Shown here piece after piece: positions 10,964-22,297 of a stretch of DNA of 64,000 nt. The DNA comes from an uncultured Alphaproteobacteria bacterium (lineage in GTDB: Bacteria > Pseudomonadota > Alphaproteobacteria > HIMB59 > GCA-002718135): contig CACDIK010000003.1 in the NCBI GenBank assembly GCA_902553005.1, positions 3,113 through 67,112 on the forward strand. The letters run 5' to 3'. Within the stretch, counting starts at the first letter, position 1, and each line of letters begins with the position of its first letter. Both the position numbers and the translations under genes were made by a program. The notes under the pieces are model-generated. The model was not told the origin of the DNA and ran no database searches. It saw only the letters and a program-made list of their open reading frames with translations.

Positions 10964-12407
10964 TTTTTCTTGAGTAATAGAAAATAGTTAAAATAAAAAT
11001 AGTAAAGAAATATATTTTAAATATAAAGTGAAACTCAAAAAAATTATGATTTTCTTGAAATAATAATGTATGTTTTAGTTTCTCAGTATTATTTAGTTCG
11101 GTTTTGTTCAACACTCTTCCATTATTATCTATCACTGCAGATACTCCATTATTGGAGACACGAATAATTGGTTTATTAAACTCTGCAGCTCTGATTTTAG
11201 TTAAATAAAAATGCTGATATGGTCCTGTATATTTACCAAACCAAAAATCATTAGTTATATTTATAATAAAATTACTTTTATAATTTAACTTATTTATGAG
11301 TTTCCAATAAAAAACTATCTCGTAACAAATTACTGGGATAAAACTTATATTATTTGATAAATTAATTATTCTTTCTCCTTTACCATTTGAATAATTGTTT
11401 GGACCAACAATACTTTCTAAAAAAGTCAAGTAGTCTCTAAGTGGTAAAAATTCTCCAAAAGGAACAAGTATTATTTTGTCAAAGTAAGTTACTTTTGAAT
11501 TAGTAACATTGATTAAACTATTATAGTAATTATCACTTTCAAATCTTGTGGCACCAATAATTAATATTTGATTTTCTTTTAAGGATTCTTTTAAGATTTT
11601 TAGATCAAGATTATCTACAAGATAAGGAAAATTATTTTCACCAAAAATCAACAAATCTGCAGTACTTTCATAAATATTATTGATAATTATATTTAGTTTT
11701 TTTTCTGGTGTTAAAGATTTATTATTATTTTCAAAATTTAATTGGAAAATTTCTAAATCTAATTCGTTAGTATTTAGATTATTATTTTTAGAATTTAAGT
11801 TTGAGATTATTAAAAAAATTGTCGGTAAAATAATAAAAAATGAAAGGAATCCAAGTTCCTTTTTCAGTTTAACTTTAGTAATTAAAATAAAAGGTAGACA
11901 GAATATCTGTATTATCAAATAACTTGAAATTAACGTTCCAAATAACTTTAATGAAAAAAGTAGATATTCACTACTAGAAATAACAAGAGAGAAGGTAAAC
12001 CATGGAAATCCATAAAAAAGCACTGAAATTATATATTCACTAATAGTGAACATAAATGGAATAATAAAAATTATAGGAATATTTTTTCCTAACTTATAAA
12101 TTATTGTAAATACTAAACTTAGAATTAAAGATAATAAGATTATTAATAACAAAAAAACAAGAAAAAAAAATTTTGTTTCTTCAAAAACAAAAAAAGGATC
12201 TTTAACCCAAAATAAATAACTTATAAAAAAACCAAAGCCAAAAAATGAAAAGTTTTTAAATATATTTAAATCACTATTATTTTTTCTATTAAAATCTAAA
12301 AGCAAACAAAAAAAGGGGAAAATAATAAATCCTAATGGTAAAAAAAAATAAGGGGGAAACAAAAGTGATGTTAGAAGCCCTAAGATTAAATAAATTAGAA
12401 TACTCAA
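10953..12407 (-). CDS. lnt: Apolipoprotein N-acyltransferase
   Basis: 484 aa with a polytopic N-terminus and a C-terminal nitrilase-like (CN hydrolase) domain (ICYE active-site Cys context). It shows the lnt-corC-ybeY-phoH-miaB synteny seen in E. coli. Confidence 0.8.
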   Translation of the reverse strand: MSILIYLILGLLTSLLFPPYFFLPLGFIIFPFFCLLLDFNRKNNSDLNIFKNFSFFGFGFFISYLFWVKDPFFVFEETKFFFLVFLLLIILLSLILSLVFTIIYKLGKNIPIIFIIPFMFTISEYIISVLFYGFPWFTFSLVISSSEYLLFSLKLFGTLISSYLIIQIFCLPFILITKVKLKKELGFLSFFIILPTIFLIISNLNSKNNNLNTNELDLEIFQLNFENNNKSLTPEKKLNIIINNIYESTADLLIFGENNFPYLVDNLDLKILKESLKENQILIIGATRFESDNYYNSLINVTNSKVTYFDKIILVPFGEFLPLRDYLTFLESIVGPNNYSNGKGERIINLSNNISFIPVICYEIVFYWKLINKLNYKSNFIINITNDFWFGKYTGPYQHFYLTKIRAAEFNKPIIRVSNNGVSAVIDNNGRVLNKTELNNTEKLKHTLLFQENHNFFEFHFIFKIYFFTIFILTIFYYSRKNVQ

Positions 12408-13255
12408 TTATTTTTATTTACTTCTACTATTTCAATTTTTCTATTGTTTGATTTAACAATCTTAATTGTAAGCTCATTATTAAAATCTATTATTTCATTA
12501 TTTTTTGGTATCCTATTTATTTTTTCATATACTAGACCGCCTACAGAAGAAGTTTCATCGTCTGCATTTCTAGGAATATTAATAGAAAAAAATTCCTCTA
12601 AATCTTCCACTCTATAACTTGCATCTACTGTTATTGAATTATCTGACTTTTTATAAACTAATTCTTCTTCGTCATCAGCATCATGCTCATCTTCTATTTC
12701 GCCTACAATTTCTTCAACTAAATCCTCTATCGTAACTAATCCGTCTACACCCCCAACTCCATCGACGACAAGACCTATATGAATTCTTGATGATCTCATA
12801 GTTTTTAGCAAATCTAAAATTGGTGACTTTGGTGCAACATATAATACATCTCTTAAGATTTCACTCATTTTAAAAGTATCTTGTGATGACTTAATAAAAT
12901 CTTTTATATGAAAGAAACCAATTACATTATCCATATTTTTTTTGTATACTGGAAATCTAGAATGTCCTTCCTCTTTAATTACATTTAAAATTTCATTATA
13001 AGATTTATCATGATCTAGGGCAATTATTTCGCTTCTTGGTATCATTAAATCTTCAACACTTTTTTCATTTAAATTTACAATATTCTTAATTAGATTTTTT
13101 TCATTATTATCATTTAGATCTTCAAGATTTTTATCATCATCATCATCATTGGCTATAAAATTTAAGATATCTTCTTTTGTGGAGTCATTAGATAACAATT
13201 TTTTTATTATCCAATTTTTCCAACCTGATGTTTTATCAACGTTATTCGTGTTCAT
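12404..13255 (-). CDS. corC: CBS-pair plus CorC_HlyC domain protein (CorC/YbeX family)
   Basis: 283 aa with the MIPRSEI start of the CBS pair, VVDEYGG-like VVDGVGGVDGLVTIEDLVEEIVGEI, and a C-terminal transporter-associated domain. Confidence 0.8.
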   Translation of the reverse strand: MNTNNVDKTSGWKNWIIKKLLSNDSTKEDILNFIANDDDDDKNLEDLNDNNEKNLIKNIVNLNEKSVEDLMIPRSEIIALDHDKSYNEILNVIKEEGHSRFPVYKKNMDNVIGFFHIKDFIKSSQDTFKMSEILRDVLYVAPKSPILDLLKTMRSSRIHIGLVVDGVGGVDGLVTIEDLVEEIVGEIEDEHDADDEEELVYKKSDNSITVDASYRVEDLEEFFSINIPRNADDETSSVGGLVYEKINRIPKNNEIIDFNNELTIKIVKSNNRKIEIVEVNKNN

Positions 13256-13734
13256 TGAACTGTATAAGGATTATTAATGCCAAATGATCCTAAAATTTTT
13301 ATCTCCTCTTTTTTCATTTTTTTAAAATCTAAATTTTTTTTATGATCATATCCATTAATATGCAATAAACTGTGAACTAATAGATGATTAAAATGATCAT
13401 ATATGCTGACTTTATTCCTACGTATAAATTTTTCAATAGTATCAATAGAGAAAAAAATATCACAATATAAAATTTTTCCAACATTTTTATTTGAATTCTT
13501 TATAATAAAAGTAAGTACATCTGTGTCTGATTGTTTATTTTTATATATTTTATTAAGTTTTATCATTTTTGATTTATCTGTTAAGATTATATTTAATTCA
13601 AATTTATAATCATTTTTAAAATATGATTTCATTTTATTTATAGTTAGTTTTGTAATAATCTTGATTTTAGGTATTCGTCTTGGCCATTTTTTTGATTCAG
13701 AAAAAAAATCAACTTTTATGTTTTTCATATTCAT
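13252..13734 (-). CDS. ybeY: rRNA maturation endoribonuclease YbeY
   Basis: 160 aa with the zinc motif HSLLHINGYDH (H-x3-H-x5-H). Confidence 0.85.
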   Translation of the reverse strand: MNMKNIKVDFFSESKKWPRRIPKIKIITKLTINKMKSYFKNDYKFELNIILTDKSKMIKLNKIYKNKQSDTDVLTFIIKNSNKNVGKILYCDIFFSIDTIEKFIRRNKVSIYDHFNHLLVHSLLHINGYDHKKNLDFKKMKKEEIKILGSFGINNPYTVQ

Positions 13735-14668
13735 TAATAATTTTTTTAACTAAATCATGTCTTACAACATCCTTTTCTGACAATTCAATAAAGCCTATTT
13801 CGCTAACTTTATTTAATTTTTTTAATGCATCTTTAAGTCCAGAATCTTTTTCACTTACTAGATCAATCTGTGTTATATCACCTACAACCACCATTTGACT
13901 ATTTTTACCTAGTCTTGTTAAGAACATTTTCATTTGTGTTTTTGTTGTGTTTTGAGCTTCATCTAAAATTATAAAACAATCTTCAAGAGTTCTTCCTCTC
14001 ATAAATGCTATAGGTGCTATTTCAATTGTGTTATTAAGTAATTTTTTTTCCACTTGTTCATAGGGAAGCATTGAATATAAAGCATCGTATATAGGTCTTA
14101 AAAAAGGATCTACTTTTTCTTTTAAATCCCCTGGGAGAAAACCTAACTTTTCACCAGCTTCAACTGCTGGTCTTGATAAAATAATTTTATTTACTTTTCC
14201 ATCTTGAAGGGCTGAAACAGCTTTTGCAACAGCCATATAAGTTTTTCCAGTTCCAGCTGGACCAATAGCAAATGTAATATTTTTAGTATTTAGTAATTGA
14301 AGGTATTTATTTTGTATCTCAGTTCTTGGTATAATTTTCCTTTTTTTAGTTTGAATAAATAAATCCATCTGTTTGTCTGATTTTATATTCATAGATATTA
14401 AACTTTTATTATCCCTTATTCTATCCTCATCTATTTCAGCACCATTTTGTGCTTCTTTAAATAAATTAAGAATAGTTTTTTTAGTTTCAAAAATTGATTT
14501 CTTATTACCTGAAATTTTAATTTTATTTCCTCGATATTGAATTTTAACTTGATTGATCTGCTCTATAAGAGATAAATTTCTATCATTAATTCCAAATAAA
14601 TTACTTAAAATTGTATTATCATCTAATTCTAATTCCAGATTTTCGTTCTTATTTAATGTATCTGACAT
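13709..14668 (-). CDS. phoH: PhoH-like ATPase (YbeZ)
   Basis: 319 aa with Walker A GPAGTGKTY, Walker B ILDEAQN, and GDITQIDL. Confidence 0.9.
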   Translation of the reverse strand: MSDTLNKNENLELELDDNTILSNLFGINDRNLSLIEQINQVKIQYRGNKIKISGNKKSIFETKKTILNLFKEAQNGAEIDEDRIRDNKSLISMNIKSDKQMDLFIQTKKRKIIPRTEIQNKYLQLLNTKNITFAIGPAGTGKTYMAVAKAVSALQDGKVNKIILSRPAVEAGEKLGFLPGDLKEKVDPFLRPIYDALYSMLPYEQVEKKLLNNTIEIAPIAFMRGRTLEDCFIILDEAQNTTKTQMKMFLTRLGKNSQMVVVGDITQIDLVSEKDSGLKDALKKLNKVSEIGFIELSEKDVVRHDLVKKIINEYEKHKS

Positions 14669-15957
14669 TCAAGAGCAAAATTAGTTGAGTTTATAATTTT
14701 AACATTCATAATTTTATTTAGTAAATCTTTTTTGGAATTAACAAATGTACTTTGATTATAAATTGTACGGCCTATAAATTGATCTTCATGTCTTCCAATT
14801 TTTTCAAATAAAACTTCCATACCTTTATTAACAAATGACTTATTAAAATTTATTTGTTGTTGTGTAAGTAAAGATTGCAATGCACTTAAACGTGCTTTTT
14901 TATCTAATATACTAATATTATCTTTATTTTGAGCAGGTGTTCCTGGTCTTGGACTATAAATAAATGAATAAGCAATAACAAAATTAACTTTTTCAATAAA
15001 TTTCATTGTATCTTCAAAATCTTTATCTGTTTCTTCTGGAAAGCCAACAATGAAATCTGATGAAAGAGCAATATCTGGACGGACATTTCTTATTTTTTCT
15101 ACAATTTTTAAATAATCATCAACTGTATGTTTTCTGTTCATTTTTTTTAAAATTTTATCGGAGCCAGATTGAATAGGTAAATGAAGGAATGGCATTAGTT
15201 TTGAATTATTGGCATGAGCATTGATTAAAGAATCTTTCATATCAATGGGATGGGATGTCATATATCTAATCCTCTTAATTTCTTCGATTTCACCTATCTT
15301 ATTTATTAAATAAGCTAGATCTTTTGATTTCCCATCATTAGCTGTTCCGTGATAAGCATTAACATTTTGACCTAATAAAATTATTTCTTTAATTCCGTTT
15401 GCAACATATTTCTTTGTCTCTTCTACAATATCATCAACTGGTCTAGAGAATTCAGGCCCTCTAGTATATGGAACTACACAAAAAGAACAAAATTTATCAC
15501 ACCCTTCTTGAATAGATAAAAATTCAGATGATAAATTTGAAGAGTTAAATATTAAGTTTTTAAATTTTTCATTTTGTAAAAACTCACTATTTTCTACTTC
15601 GTCGACTCTATCGATCATTTCAGGAAGTTTGTGATAAGATTGTGGTCCTACAACATAATCAACTGACGGTGATCTTTTTTTTATCTCAAGACCTTCTGCT
15701 TGAGCTACACAACCGGCAACCACTAATTTCATGTTCTGTTTTTTATTTTTAATTTTTTTAACCCTACCAATGTCAGAGTAAACTTTTTCAACTGCCTTTT
15801 CTCTAATGTGACAAGTATTCAAAACAGTTAAATCTGCATTTGAAATATCATCAGTTACTTTATATCCCTTATTTGAAAATAAATCTTTAATACGGTTGCT
15901 GTCGTATACATTCATCTGACAGCCGTATGATTTTATATAAATATACTTATCACTCAT
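14653..15957 (-). CDS. miaB: tRNA-i6A37 methylthiotransferase (radical SAM)
   Basis: 434 aa with the N-terminal YGCQMN, the radical-SAM motif CDKFCSFCVVP, and a TRAM C-terminus. Confidence 0.9.
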   Translation of the reverse strand: MSDKYIYIKSYGCQMNVYDSNRIKDLFSNKGYKVTDDISNADLTVLNTCHIREKAVEKVYSDIGRVKKIKNKKQNMKLVVAGCVAQAEGLEIKKRSPSVDYVVGPQSYHKLPEMIDRVDEVENSEFLQNEKFKNLIFNSSNLSSEFLSIQEGCDKFCSFCVVPYTRGPEFSRPVDDIVEETKKYVANGIKEIILLGQNVNAYHGTANDGKSKDLAYLINKIGEIEEIKRIRYMTSHPIDMKDSLINAHANNSKLMPFLHLPIQSGSDKILKKMNRKHTVDDYLKIVEKIRNVRPDIALSSDFIVGFPEETDKDFEDTMKFIEKVNFVIAYSFIYSPRPGTPAQNKDNISILDKKARLSALQSLLTQQQINFNKSFVNKGMEVLFEKIGRHEDQFIGRTIYNQSTFVNSKKDLLNKIMNVKIINSTNFALECQIH

Positions 15958-16429
15958 GATTAATTTTTTTTATAAAGCATTTAGCATGAATATTTTTATT
16001 ATTATATTTATAATAATTATGTCTAAAATTTAAAAAAACAAAGTTGTTTTTTTTGTAAAAACTTATTGCATCTGAATTATCTTCTGCAACTTCAATGAAA
16101 ATCTGTGAAAATTTAATTTTATTTGTCTCAACATGATTTAATAATTTTGTCGCAATTTGTTTTCTTCTTTGATCTTTTGATACAAATAAAATATGTAATT
16201 CTAATTCGTAATCTTTATCACTTTTTATTGCATCGCCAATTAAAAGTCCTACTAGGTTATTAGCCATAAAAAATCCAAGAGAGTAATTATTAACCTTGTT
16301 AAATTGACTTTCAATATTTTTTAGATTCCAGCCTATCTTTTTAAAATAACTATATTCATCTTTATTATCATCAATAAACTTAATGATTGAAGTTAGCTTC
16401 TCTTTATTTATTAGACTAATACTGTTCAA
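15950..16429 (-). CDS. rimI: GNAT acetyltransferase, RimI-like
   Basis: 159 aa with a GNAT motif A region (VSKDQRRKQIATKLL). It is directly downstream of tsaB, as in many bacteria. Confidence 0.6.
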   Translation of the reverse strand: MNSISLINKEKLTSIIKFIDDNKDEYSYFKKIGWNLKNIESQFNKVNNYSLGFFMANNLVGLLIGDAIKSDKDYELELHILFVSKDQRRKQIATKLLNHVETNKIKFSQIFIEVAEDNSDAISFYKKNNFVFLNFRHNYYKYNNKNIHAKCFIKKINHE

Positions 16430-17037
16430 TTTAGTAATTGATTATTTGATATATAAATTGGATTAATGATAATATTTTTTTTAAAGTTTAAATTATTATA
16501 ATTTTTGTAAAATTCTTCAAAGAAAGAAAACTGAATTTGTTGTAATTTATTATTTTCATTAATTTCAGTCTTATTAAAAAGAATTAGCTCAATATGTTTT
16601 GGAATTGAGGATTTATTATTTTCAATTTTATTGTATTCCATTACGTTATCTTTATTTTTATAACATAAAAATTTCTGATCATTAGATGATGTTATAAAAA
16701 CTCCTAGATTTTTTTTGTAATATTTTTTTGAATTAAAGTTTAAAATGTCATCTATAGATAATGGATAATAAGGGATTTTACGAGATATCATGAGACCAGA
16801 TACAAATGCTGAACCGACTCTTAAACTTGTATAAGACCCAGGACCAATTGTTGTGGAAATTTTTTTAAGATTTTGTGTTAAATTTAAACGTTTATCTATT
16901 GCTATATAAGATTGAATTATATTATCACTCAACCTATCTGTTTCGTTTTGAATAATTTTCTCCTGTAATATTACTTTATTGTCATCAATTACACAAAACT
17001 CTGGTAATGGTGATATAACATCTAGAAACAATAACAT
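16426..17037 (-). CDS. tsaB: tRNA t6A biosynthesis protein TsaB (YeaZ)
   Basis: 203 aa with GPGSYTSLRVG, the hallmark TsaB motif. Confidence 0.75.
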   Translation of the reverse strand: MLLFLDVISPLPEFCVIDDNKVILQEKIIQNETDRLSDNIIQSYIAIDKRLNLTQNLKKISTTIGPGSYTSLRVGSAFVSGLMISRKIPYYPLSIDDILNFNSKKYYKKNLGVFITSSNDQKFLCYKNKDNVMEYNKIENNKSSIPKHIELILFNKTEINENNKLQQIQFSFFEEFYKNYNNLNFKKNIIINPIYISNNQLLN

Positions 17038-18066
17038 ATGAAATTACATAATTACATTCTATTACTATTTTTAAAAAGTATTTCTTTAGCTTTTTTATTA
17101 GTAAGTGGAACTTTTGCAAATGAGGTAAAAAATTCAGCTACAGTATTTATGTATCATAAATTTGGAGTTTCAAAATATCCTTCAACTAGTGTTACAATTG
17201 ATCAACTTAACAGTCACATTGAAGAACTAACTAAAGAAAAATATATAATTAAATCATTAGATTTTATAATTGATACGATTCTTAATGACGGAGATCTCCC
17301 AGAAAATACTATTGGTATAAGTGTGGATGATGCTGATAAGTCTTTTTTAGAAGTTGGATGGCCTTTATTTAAAAGAAACAATATTCCCGTAACCTTATTT
17401 GTAACAACAGGAACAATTTCAAATAATCAAAAATACATTAATTGGGATCAAATAAGAAAACTTAAAGAAGAGGGTGTGGTAATTGGGGCACACTCACATA
17501 CCCATGCTCATATGCCAGATATTAGTATTGAAGAAGTAAGAAATGAAATAGAAACATCTAATAAAATTTTTTTAAAAGAGCTTGGAGAAATACCAACTTT
17601 ATTTGCATTTCCTTATGGTGAGACAACAGATGAAATTATTGAATTAGTAAAAGAATATAAGTTTAAAGTTGCATTTGGTCAGCATTCTGGAATAATTAAT
17701 GAAACTTCAAATATGTATTACCTGCCAAGGTTTTCCTTAAACGAAAGATATGGTGAAATAGATAGAGTTAAGTTTGCTGCATCATCGAAGGGTTTAGGAG
17801 TTTATGATTTTATACCTCAAAATCCAACAATTAAGCAAAACCCACCATTCATTGGTTTTTCTCTTCTTGATGATAAGAAGGCCCAATCTCTAGATTGTTT
17901 TGTATTTGATAGTAAAGGTCAAGTTGATAGGGAAATATATAAATTTAATGAAAGGATTGAGATAAGACTTGCAAGAGAATTATCACCTGGAAGATCAAGA
18001 ATGAATTGTACTGTTAAAGATAGTGATGGAAATTGGAGATGGTTTGGGCATCAATTCTATTTTTAA
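17038..18066 (+). CDS. Secreted polysaccharide deacetylase (NodB-homology domain)
   Basis: 342 aa with a signal peptide, VDDADKS and HSHTH metal/catalytic motifs, and FPYG. Confidence 0.7.
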   Translation: MKLHNYILLLFLKSISLAFLLVSGTFANEVKNSATVFMYHKFGVSKYPSTSVTIDQLNSHIEELTKEKYIIKSLDFIIDTILNDGDLPENTIGISVDDADKSFLEVGWPLFKRNNIPVTLFVTTGTISNNQKYINWDQIRKLKEEGVVIGAHSHTHAHMPDISIEEVRNEIETSNKIFLKELGEIPTLFAFPYGETTDEIIELVKEYKFKVAFGQHSGIINETSNMYYLPRFSLNERYGEIDRVKFAASSKGLGVYDFIPQNPTIKQNPPFIGFSLLDDKKAQSLDCFVFDSKGQVDREIYKFNERIEIRLARELSPGRSRMNCTVKDSDGNWRWFGHQFYF

Positions 18067-19056
18067 TTAGTAAGAAATAATTTTTTGATCAAAAATACTG
18101 AAGTTATTAGTTTTAATTACTTGTTTAATTGTTCTAATATAATTTTCATCTTCTGCGTAAGTACTTAATCTTTCAACAAGTAAGTTAACATTTGAGAAAT
18201 TATTTCTTTCTCTCATTATATTGCGGAATTCACGAAAATCTTCATATGCGTAATGAGAATTAATATTATTGAAGTAAGAAGTAACGCTATTATTATAAGA
18301 ATTAAATGCTTTGATTAAATGAGTATCACCGGTTTCCCTTTCCAATGGAATAACCCCTTTAGAATTGTCATATGTGTATTCACCAAATAATGCATTATAT
18401 TCCTGCGCAAATCTAGATGATCCCCAACCACTTTCAATTGCAGCTTGAGCTAAAACAATAGAATTTGGTATTATTTCAACTCTTAAAAGAAGTTTATCAA
18501 TAATTTCCATTTTGTGCTCGTTATCGAATTCTATTTTATATTTTTTAGAAATTTTTCTTAATTTATTTAGTTCATGGTTGTTTAGTGAATTATTTTCAGT
18601 GAGCTTAGTGCGTAAAATAATTAGATCATTTCTGTTTGATAAGATTTTTTGATTTTCATTTATTATTAACGGTAGAACTGTTTTAACAAACTGTTGTTTT
18701 TTTTGATTTAAATGCAGAAAGTCTTTTTCAGATAAATTTGTAACTAAATTAACTCGTTCATTATTCTCGATACCAGAATATGACTTTGGATTTAAAGGTT
18801 TAGTTTTAATATTAACTAAAAATTTTTTTTTCTTTAATTTATTTAGAATATCATTTTTTAAGATATCTTTTTCAGAATAAAGTTTGTTGATTGTATATGA
18901 GTCATAAGTCTTACAATAATTTAAGACAAGTTCATCTAATTCTGCATTTAATTTATATTTAACATCCAATGTTGAAGGTGTTTCTTCAAAAGCAATAGTT
19001 GGAATGGTAATTGCTAAGCCAATAACCACCAAAGGATATAAAAAGATTTTATGCAT
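18067..19056 (-). CDS. Glucosaminidase-domain protein (Bax/FlgJ-like peptidoglycan hydrolase)
   Basis: It has AQAAIESGWGSSRFAQEYNALFG, the N-acetylglucosaminidase motif. The start is placed at the MHKIF Met (19056), which precedes a signal-anchor; the track ORF extends to 19089. Confidence 0.65.
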   Translation of the reverse strand: MHKIFLYPLVVIGLAITIPTIAFEETPSTLDVKYKLNAELDELVLNYCKTYDSYTINKLYSEKDILKNDILNKLKKKKFLVNIKTKPLNPKSYSGIENNERVNLVTNLSEKDFLHLNQKKQQFVKTVLPLIINENQKILSNRNDLIILRTKLTENNSLNNHELNKLRKISKKYKIEFDNEHKMEIIDKLLLRVEIIPNSIVLAQAAIESGWGSSRFAQEYNALFGEYTYDNSKGVIPLERETGDTHLIKAFNSYNNSVTSYFNNINSHYAYEDFREFRNIMRERNNFSNVNLLVERLSTYAEDENYIRTIKQVIKTNNFSIFDQKIISY

Positions 19057-19612
19057 CAATAGGTCTAACTTCTTGTACCTCAGGAACATAATGCTTAAGC
19101 ATATTTTCTATTCCCATTTTAAGTGTTGCTGTCGAACTAGGGCATCCTGAACATGCGCCTTGCATATGAAGATAGACGACACCGTCCTTAAAACTATCAT
19201 ATATAATGTCTCCACCATCCATCGCTACTGCAGGTCTTACTCTTGTATCAAGAAGCTCTTTAATTTGTTTAACAATATCAGTATCGTTTTCCTCATCAAC
19301 TTTTAAAGAGTCATCAGTTTTCTTTACAGCGGTGATTGTTTCTTCACCAGAGTTATAATGATCCATGATTGAGCCTAATATTAATGGCTTCATAACTTGC
19401 CAATCTAAGGATTGTCCTTTTGTTATAGTAATAAAATCACTACCAAAAAATACTCCCTCAACTCCTTCTACGTCAAATAGTCGTTTTGCAAATGGTGAGT
19501 TAGCTGCCTCCCCGATATTTTGAAAGAAAGCTGTCCCATCATTCATAACAACTTTGCCCGGTAAAAACTTTAAAGTTTGAGGATTAGGCGTTTGTTCTGT
19601 TTGTATAAACAT
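19049..19612 (-). CDS. NifU/Nfu-type Fe-S cluster assembly protein
   Basis: 187 aa with an Nfu_N domain (MFIQTEQTPNPQTLKF) and a C-terminal CxxC motif (GACSGCPSS). Confidence 0.85.
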   Translation of the reverse strand: MFIQTEQTPNPQTLKFLPGKVVMNDGTAFFQNIGEAANSPFAKRLFDVEGVEGVFFGSDFITITKGQSLDWQVMKPLILGSIMDHYNSGEETITAVKKTDDSLKVDEENDTDIVKQIKELLDTRVRPAVAMDGGDIIYDSFKDGVVYLHMQGACSGCPSSTATLKMGIENMLKHYVPEVQEVRPIDA

Positions 19613-19686
19613 ATGGCTTATATATAGTTATTAATATGTCTTTAGTATGAATATTCTGTGAAAAAATGCAAATTTTGGGGAATTTT

Positions 19687-20694
19687 TTATGTTAAAAAGC
19701 CAATAATTTCTTTTGTTTTCTGTAAAACTGGTTCTGCTACTGCTATAGCATTCTCTTTACCCTGATTTAAAATAGAATCGATGTAGGAAACATCACTCAT
19801 AAGTTTATTCATCTCACTCGTAATTGGCTCTAATTTAGATACAGATAAATCTGCTAAATCTTTTTTAAAGGTGGAGAATTCTTTACCTGCATAATCTTTA
19901 ATAACACTTTCAATTGATGTGTCTTGTAAAGAAGCAAATATCGAGATTAGGTTTTCAGCTTCTGGTCTTTTTTCTAAACCAGTTTTATCTTGTGGTAATG
20001 GTTCAGGATCTGTTTTTGCTTTTTTAATCTTTTGTGTAATATTTTCTGCAGTATCAGTTAACATGATTCTCGAATAATCAGAAGGATCTGATTTACTCAT
20101 TTTTTTTGACCCATCGCGGAGACTCATAACTCTTGTCGCCTCTCCTAAAATTAATGGTTCAGGAATAGGAAAAAAATCTGTCTTAAAATCGTTATTAAAT
20201 TTTTGGGCTATATCTCTAGTGAGCTCCAAATGTTGTTTTTGATCATCACCAACAGGAACGTGCGTTGCTAAATATATAAGTATATCTGCAGCCATTAATG
20301 TTGGATAAGAAAATAATCCAACAGATACATTCTCACTATTTTTTCCTGCCTTATCTTTAAATTGGGTCATACGATTTAACCATCCCATCCTCGCAACACA
20401 ATTAAACAACCATCCAAGCTGTGCATGTTGAGGAACTTGTGATTGAACAAAAATATTATTTTTCTTTGGGTCAATACCAGAAGCAATAAAGGCAGCTGTT
20501 ACTTCTCTTGTTTTATTTGCTAACACTTTTGGATCTTGCCAAACGGTAATCGCATGTAAATCAACAACACAAAAAAAGCATTCGTATTCTTTTTGAAGAG
20601 TAACAAAATTTTTTATGGCTCCAAGATAATTTCCTAAATGAAGATCACCAGATGGTTGGACACCGGAAAGTATTCTTTTTGTTGGTTTTTCCAT
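19687..20694 (-). CDS. trpS: Tryptophan--tRNA ligase
   Basis: 335 aa with a HIGH-type motif (GDLHLGNY) and KMSKS present verbatim. Confidence 0.95.
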   Translation of the reverse strand: MEKPTKRILSGVQPSGDLHLGNYLGAIKNFVTLQKEYECFFCVVDLHAITVWQDPKVLANKTREVTAAFIASGIDPKKNNIFVQSQVPQHAQLGWLFNCVARMGWLNRMTQFKDKAGKNSENVSVGLFSYPTLMAADILIYLATHVPVGDDQKQHLELTRDIAQKFNNDFKTDFFPIPEPLILGEATRVMSLRDGSKKMSKSDPSDYSRIMLTDTAENITQKIKKAKTDPEPLPQDKTGLEKRPEAENLISIFASLQDTSIESVIKDYAGKEFSTFKKDLADLSVSKLEPITSEMNKLMSDVSYIDSILNQGKENAIAVAEPVLQKTKEIIGFLT

Positions 20695-20695
20695 A

Positions 20696-22243
20696 TTATT
20701 TTTTTAAATATTCTCTTAACTGATTTACCGATAGGACTTTTAACATAATTACTAATCCAAAATAAATAATTATAGCTAAAAAGATCAGCAGAAGTAAAAG
20801 TGCCGAGTTTAATATCATTGAATTACCAACAATATTTGTAAAGAATAGTCCATTTAATAGGGAGATTCCTACAAATAATAGAAATGAACTTAGCAAAATT
20901 TTAATGGAATTCCTTACTAATAGATCATCAAATTTCATATGATTTCTAATAGCTAAAAAGAGATATAATAATAATGCATTTACCCATGCACTAATTGCTG
21001 TTGCAACAGCAATGCCCATTTCTCTTATTGATCCAATTAAAAGTAGCGATAAGACAACATTAGTAATCACACTGACAATGGATATGTATAGTGGTGTTTT
21101 AGTATCTTCTCTTGCAAAGAAACAAGAAACTAAAACTTTAATTATAATGTAAGCAGGTAGACCTAAGGCAAAGTAACTTAATACTTTAGCAGTATAAAAA
21201 GTATCTTCTTCTACAAATGCACCTCGTTCAAATAAAATATGAATAATAGGTTCAGCTAAAATAAATAATCCTATCGCTGATGGTAAAGAAATTAATAACG
21301 AAAATTCAATAGATCTATTTTGAATATTATTTGTTGTTTCTTGATCTGATTGTTTAATTGCTTTTGATAAACTTGGTAAAAGAACAATGCCAAGTGCTAT
21401 CCCAAAGACGGCAAGTGGTAATTGGTTAAGACGATCTGCGTAATAAATATGACTGATAGCACCAACTGGTAAAAAGGAAGCGATGATAGTTCCAATAACA
21501 ATATTTAATTGAATGACTCCTGAACCAACAACACCCGGTAAAAATAATTTGAAAAACTTTTTTAATTTTTCATTTAAAACTGGAAGGATAATACGTGGTC
21601 GATAAAAATTTAAAACCGCTCTGTATAAATATAGAAATTGTAATATGCCGCCTATCAACACACCGTAAGATAATGCGTGACCTGCAGTTGTCACAAAAGG
21701 TGTAAGAAAGAATAATGATAGAATAAAACTTATATTCAAAATGGCAGGAGCAAATGCACCAGCAGCGAAACGTTCATGAACATTATTGATTGAAGCAAAG
21801 TGAGCAGCTAAGGATATAAAAATAATATAGGGGAAAATTATTTTTCCAAAATGCACAGCAAGTTCATAGGCTTCTTTATTATCAGTAAAACCTGGTGCTA
21901 AAACTTGGATGATATAAGGCATCCCAAGGAAGAAAATGATCGTTAAAACGACTGTAGCAAATAGTAACATTGAGGTTGTGTTTTCAACAAAATCAGAAGC
22001 CTCGCGTTCATCTTTTGGATTGAGAACAACACCTGAGAAAACAGGGATTAATGCAGCACTGTATGCTCCTTCTGCTAGGACACGGCGAAAAAAATTAGGA
22101 ATACGAAATGCTACGAAGAATGCGTCAGCAATTACTGTCGATCCAAGATATCTTGCTATTAATATGTCTCGAATAAAACCTAATACTCGACTTAAAAATG
22201 TATAGAAGCTGACAGTAAAGAATGATCTAAAAAGACTCTTCAT
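20696..22243 (-). CDS. murJ: Lipid II flippase MurJ (MviN)
   Basis: 515 aa and polytopic, with the N-terminal [17 protein letters not shown] and [13 protein letters not shown] signature. Confidence 0.9.
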   Translation of the reverse strand: MKSLFRSFFTVSFYTFLSRVLGFIRDILIARYLGSTVIADAFFVAFRIPNFFRRVLAEGAYSAALIPVFSGVVLNPKDEREASDFVENTTSMLLFATVVLTIIFFLGMPYIIQVLAPGFTDNKEAYELAVHFGKIIFPYIIFISLAAHFASINNVHERFAAGAFAPAILNISFILSLFFLTPFVTTAGHALSYGVLIGGILQFLYLYRAVLNFYRPRIILPVLNEKLKKFFKLFLPGVVGSGVIQLNIVIGTIIASFLPVGAISHIYYADRLNQLPLAVFGIALGIVLLPSLSKAIKQSDQETTNNIQNRSIEFSLLISLPSAIGLFILAEPIIHILFERGAFVEEDTFYTAKVLSYFALGLPAYIIIKVLVSCFFAREDTKTPLYISIVSVITNVVLSLLLIGSIREMGIAVATAISAWVNALLLYLFLAIRNHMKFDDLLVRNSIKILLSSFLLFVGISLLNGLFFTNIVGNSMILNSALLLLLIFLAIIIYFGLVIMLKVLSVNQLREYLKK

Positions 22244-22297
22244 ATGGTGGTTTTATAGTTTGGTAAGTGATTTGTATAAGTGAAATTTATGGCTTAA

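Noticed and set aside
12100-12400. Long A/T homopolymer-rich stretches and short tandem-like runs in the lnt region and other membrane-protein regions, considered as repeats or CRISPR-like arrays.
   Set aside because: They are coding sequence for Phe/Leu/Ile/Lys/Asn-rich membrane segments in a very AT-rich genome. They have no regular repeat-spacer periodicity.
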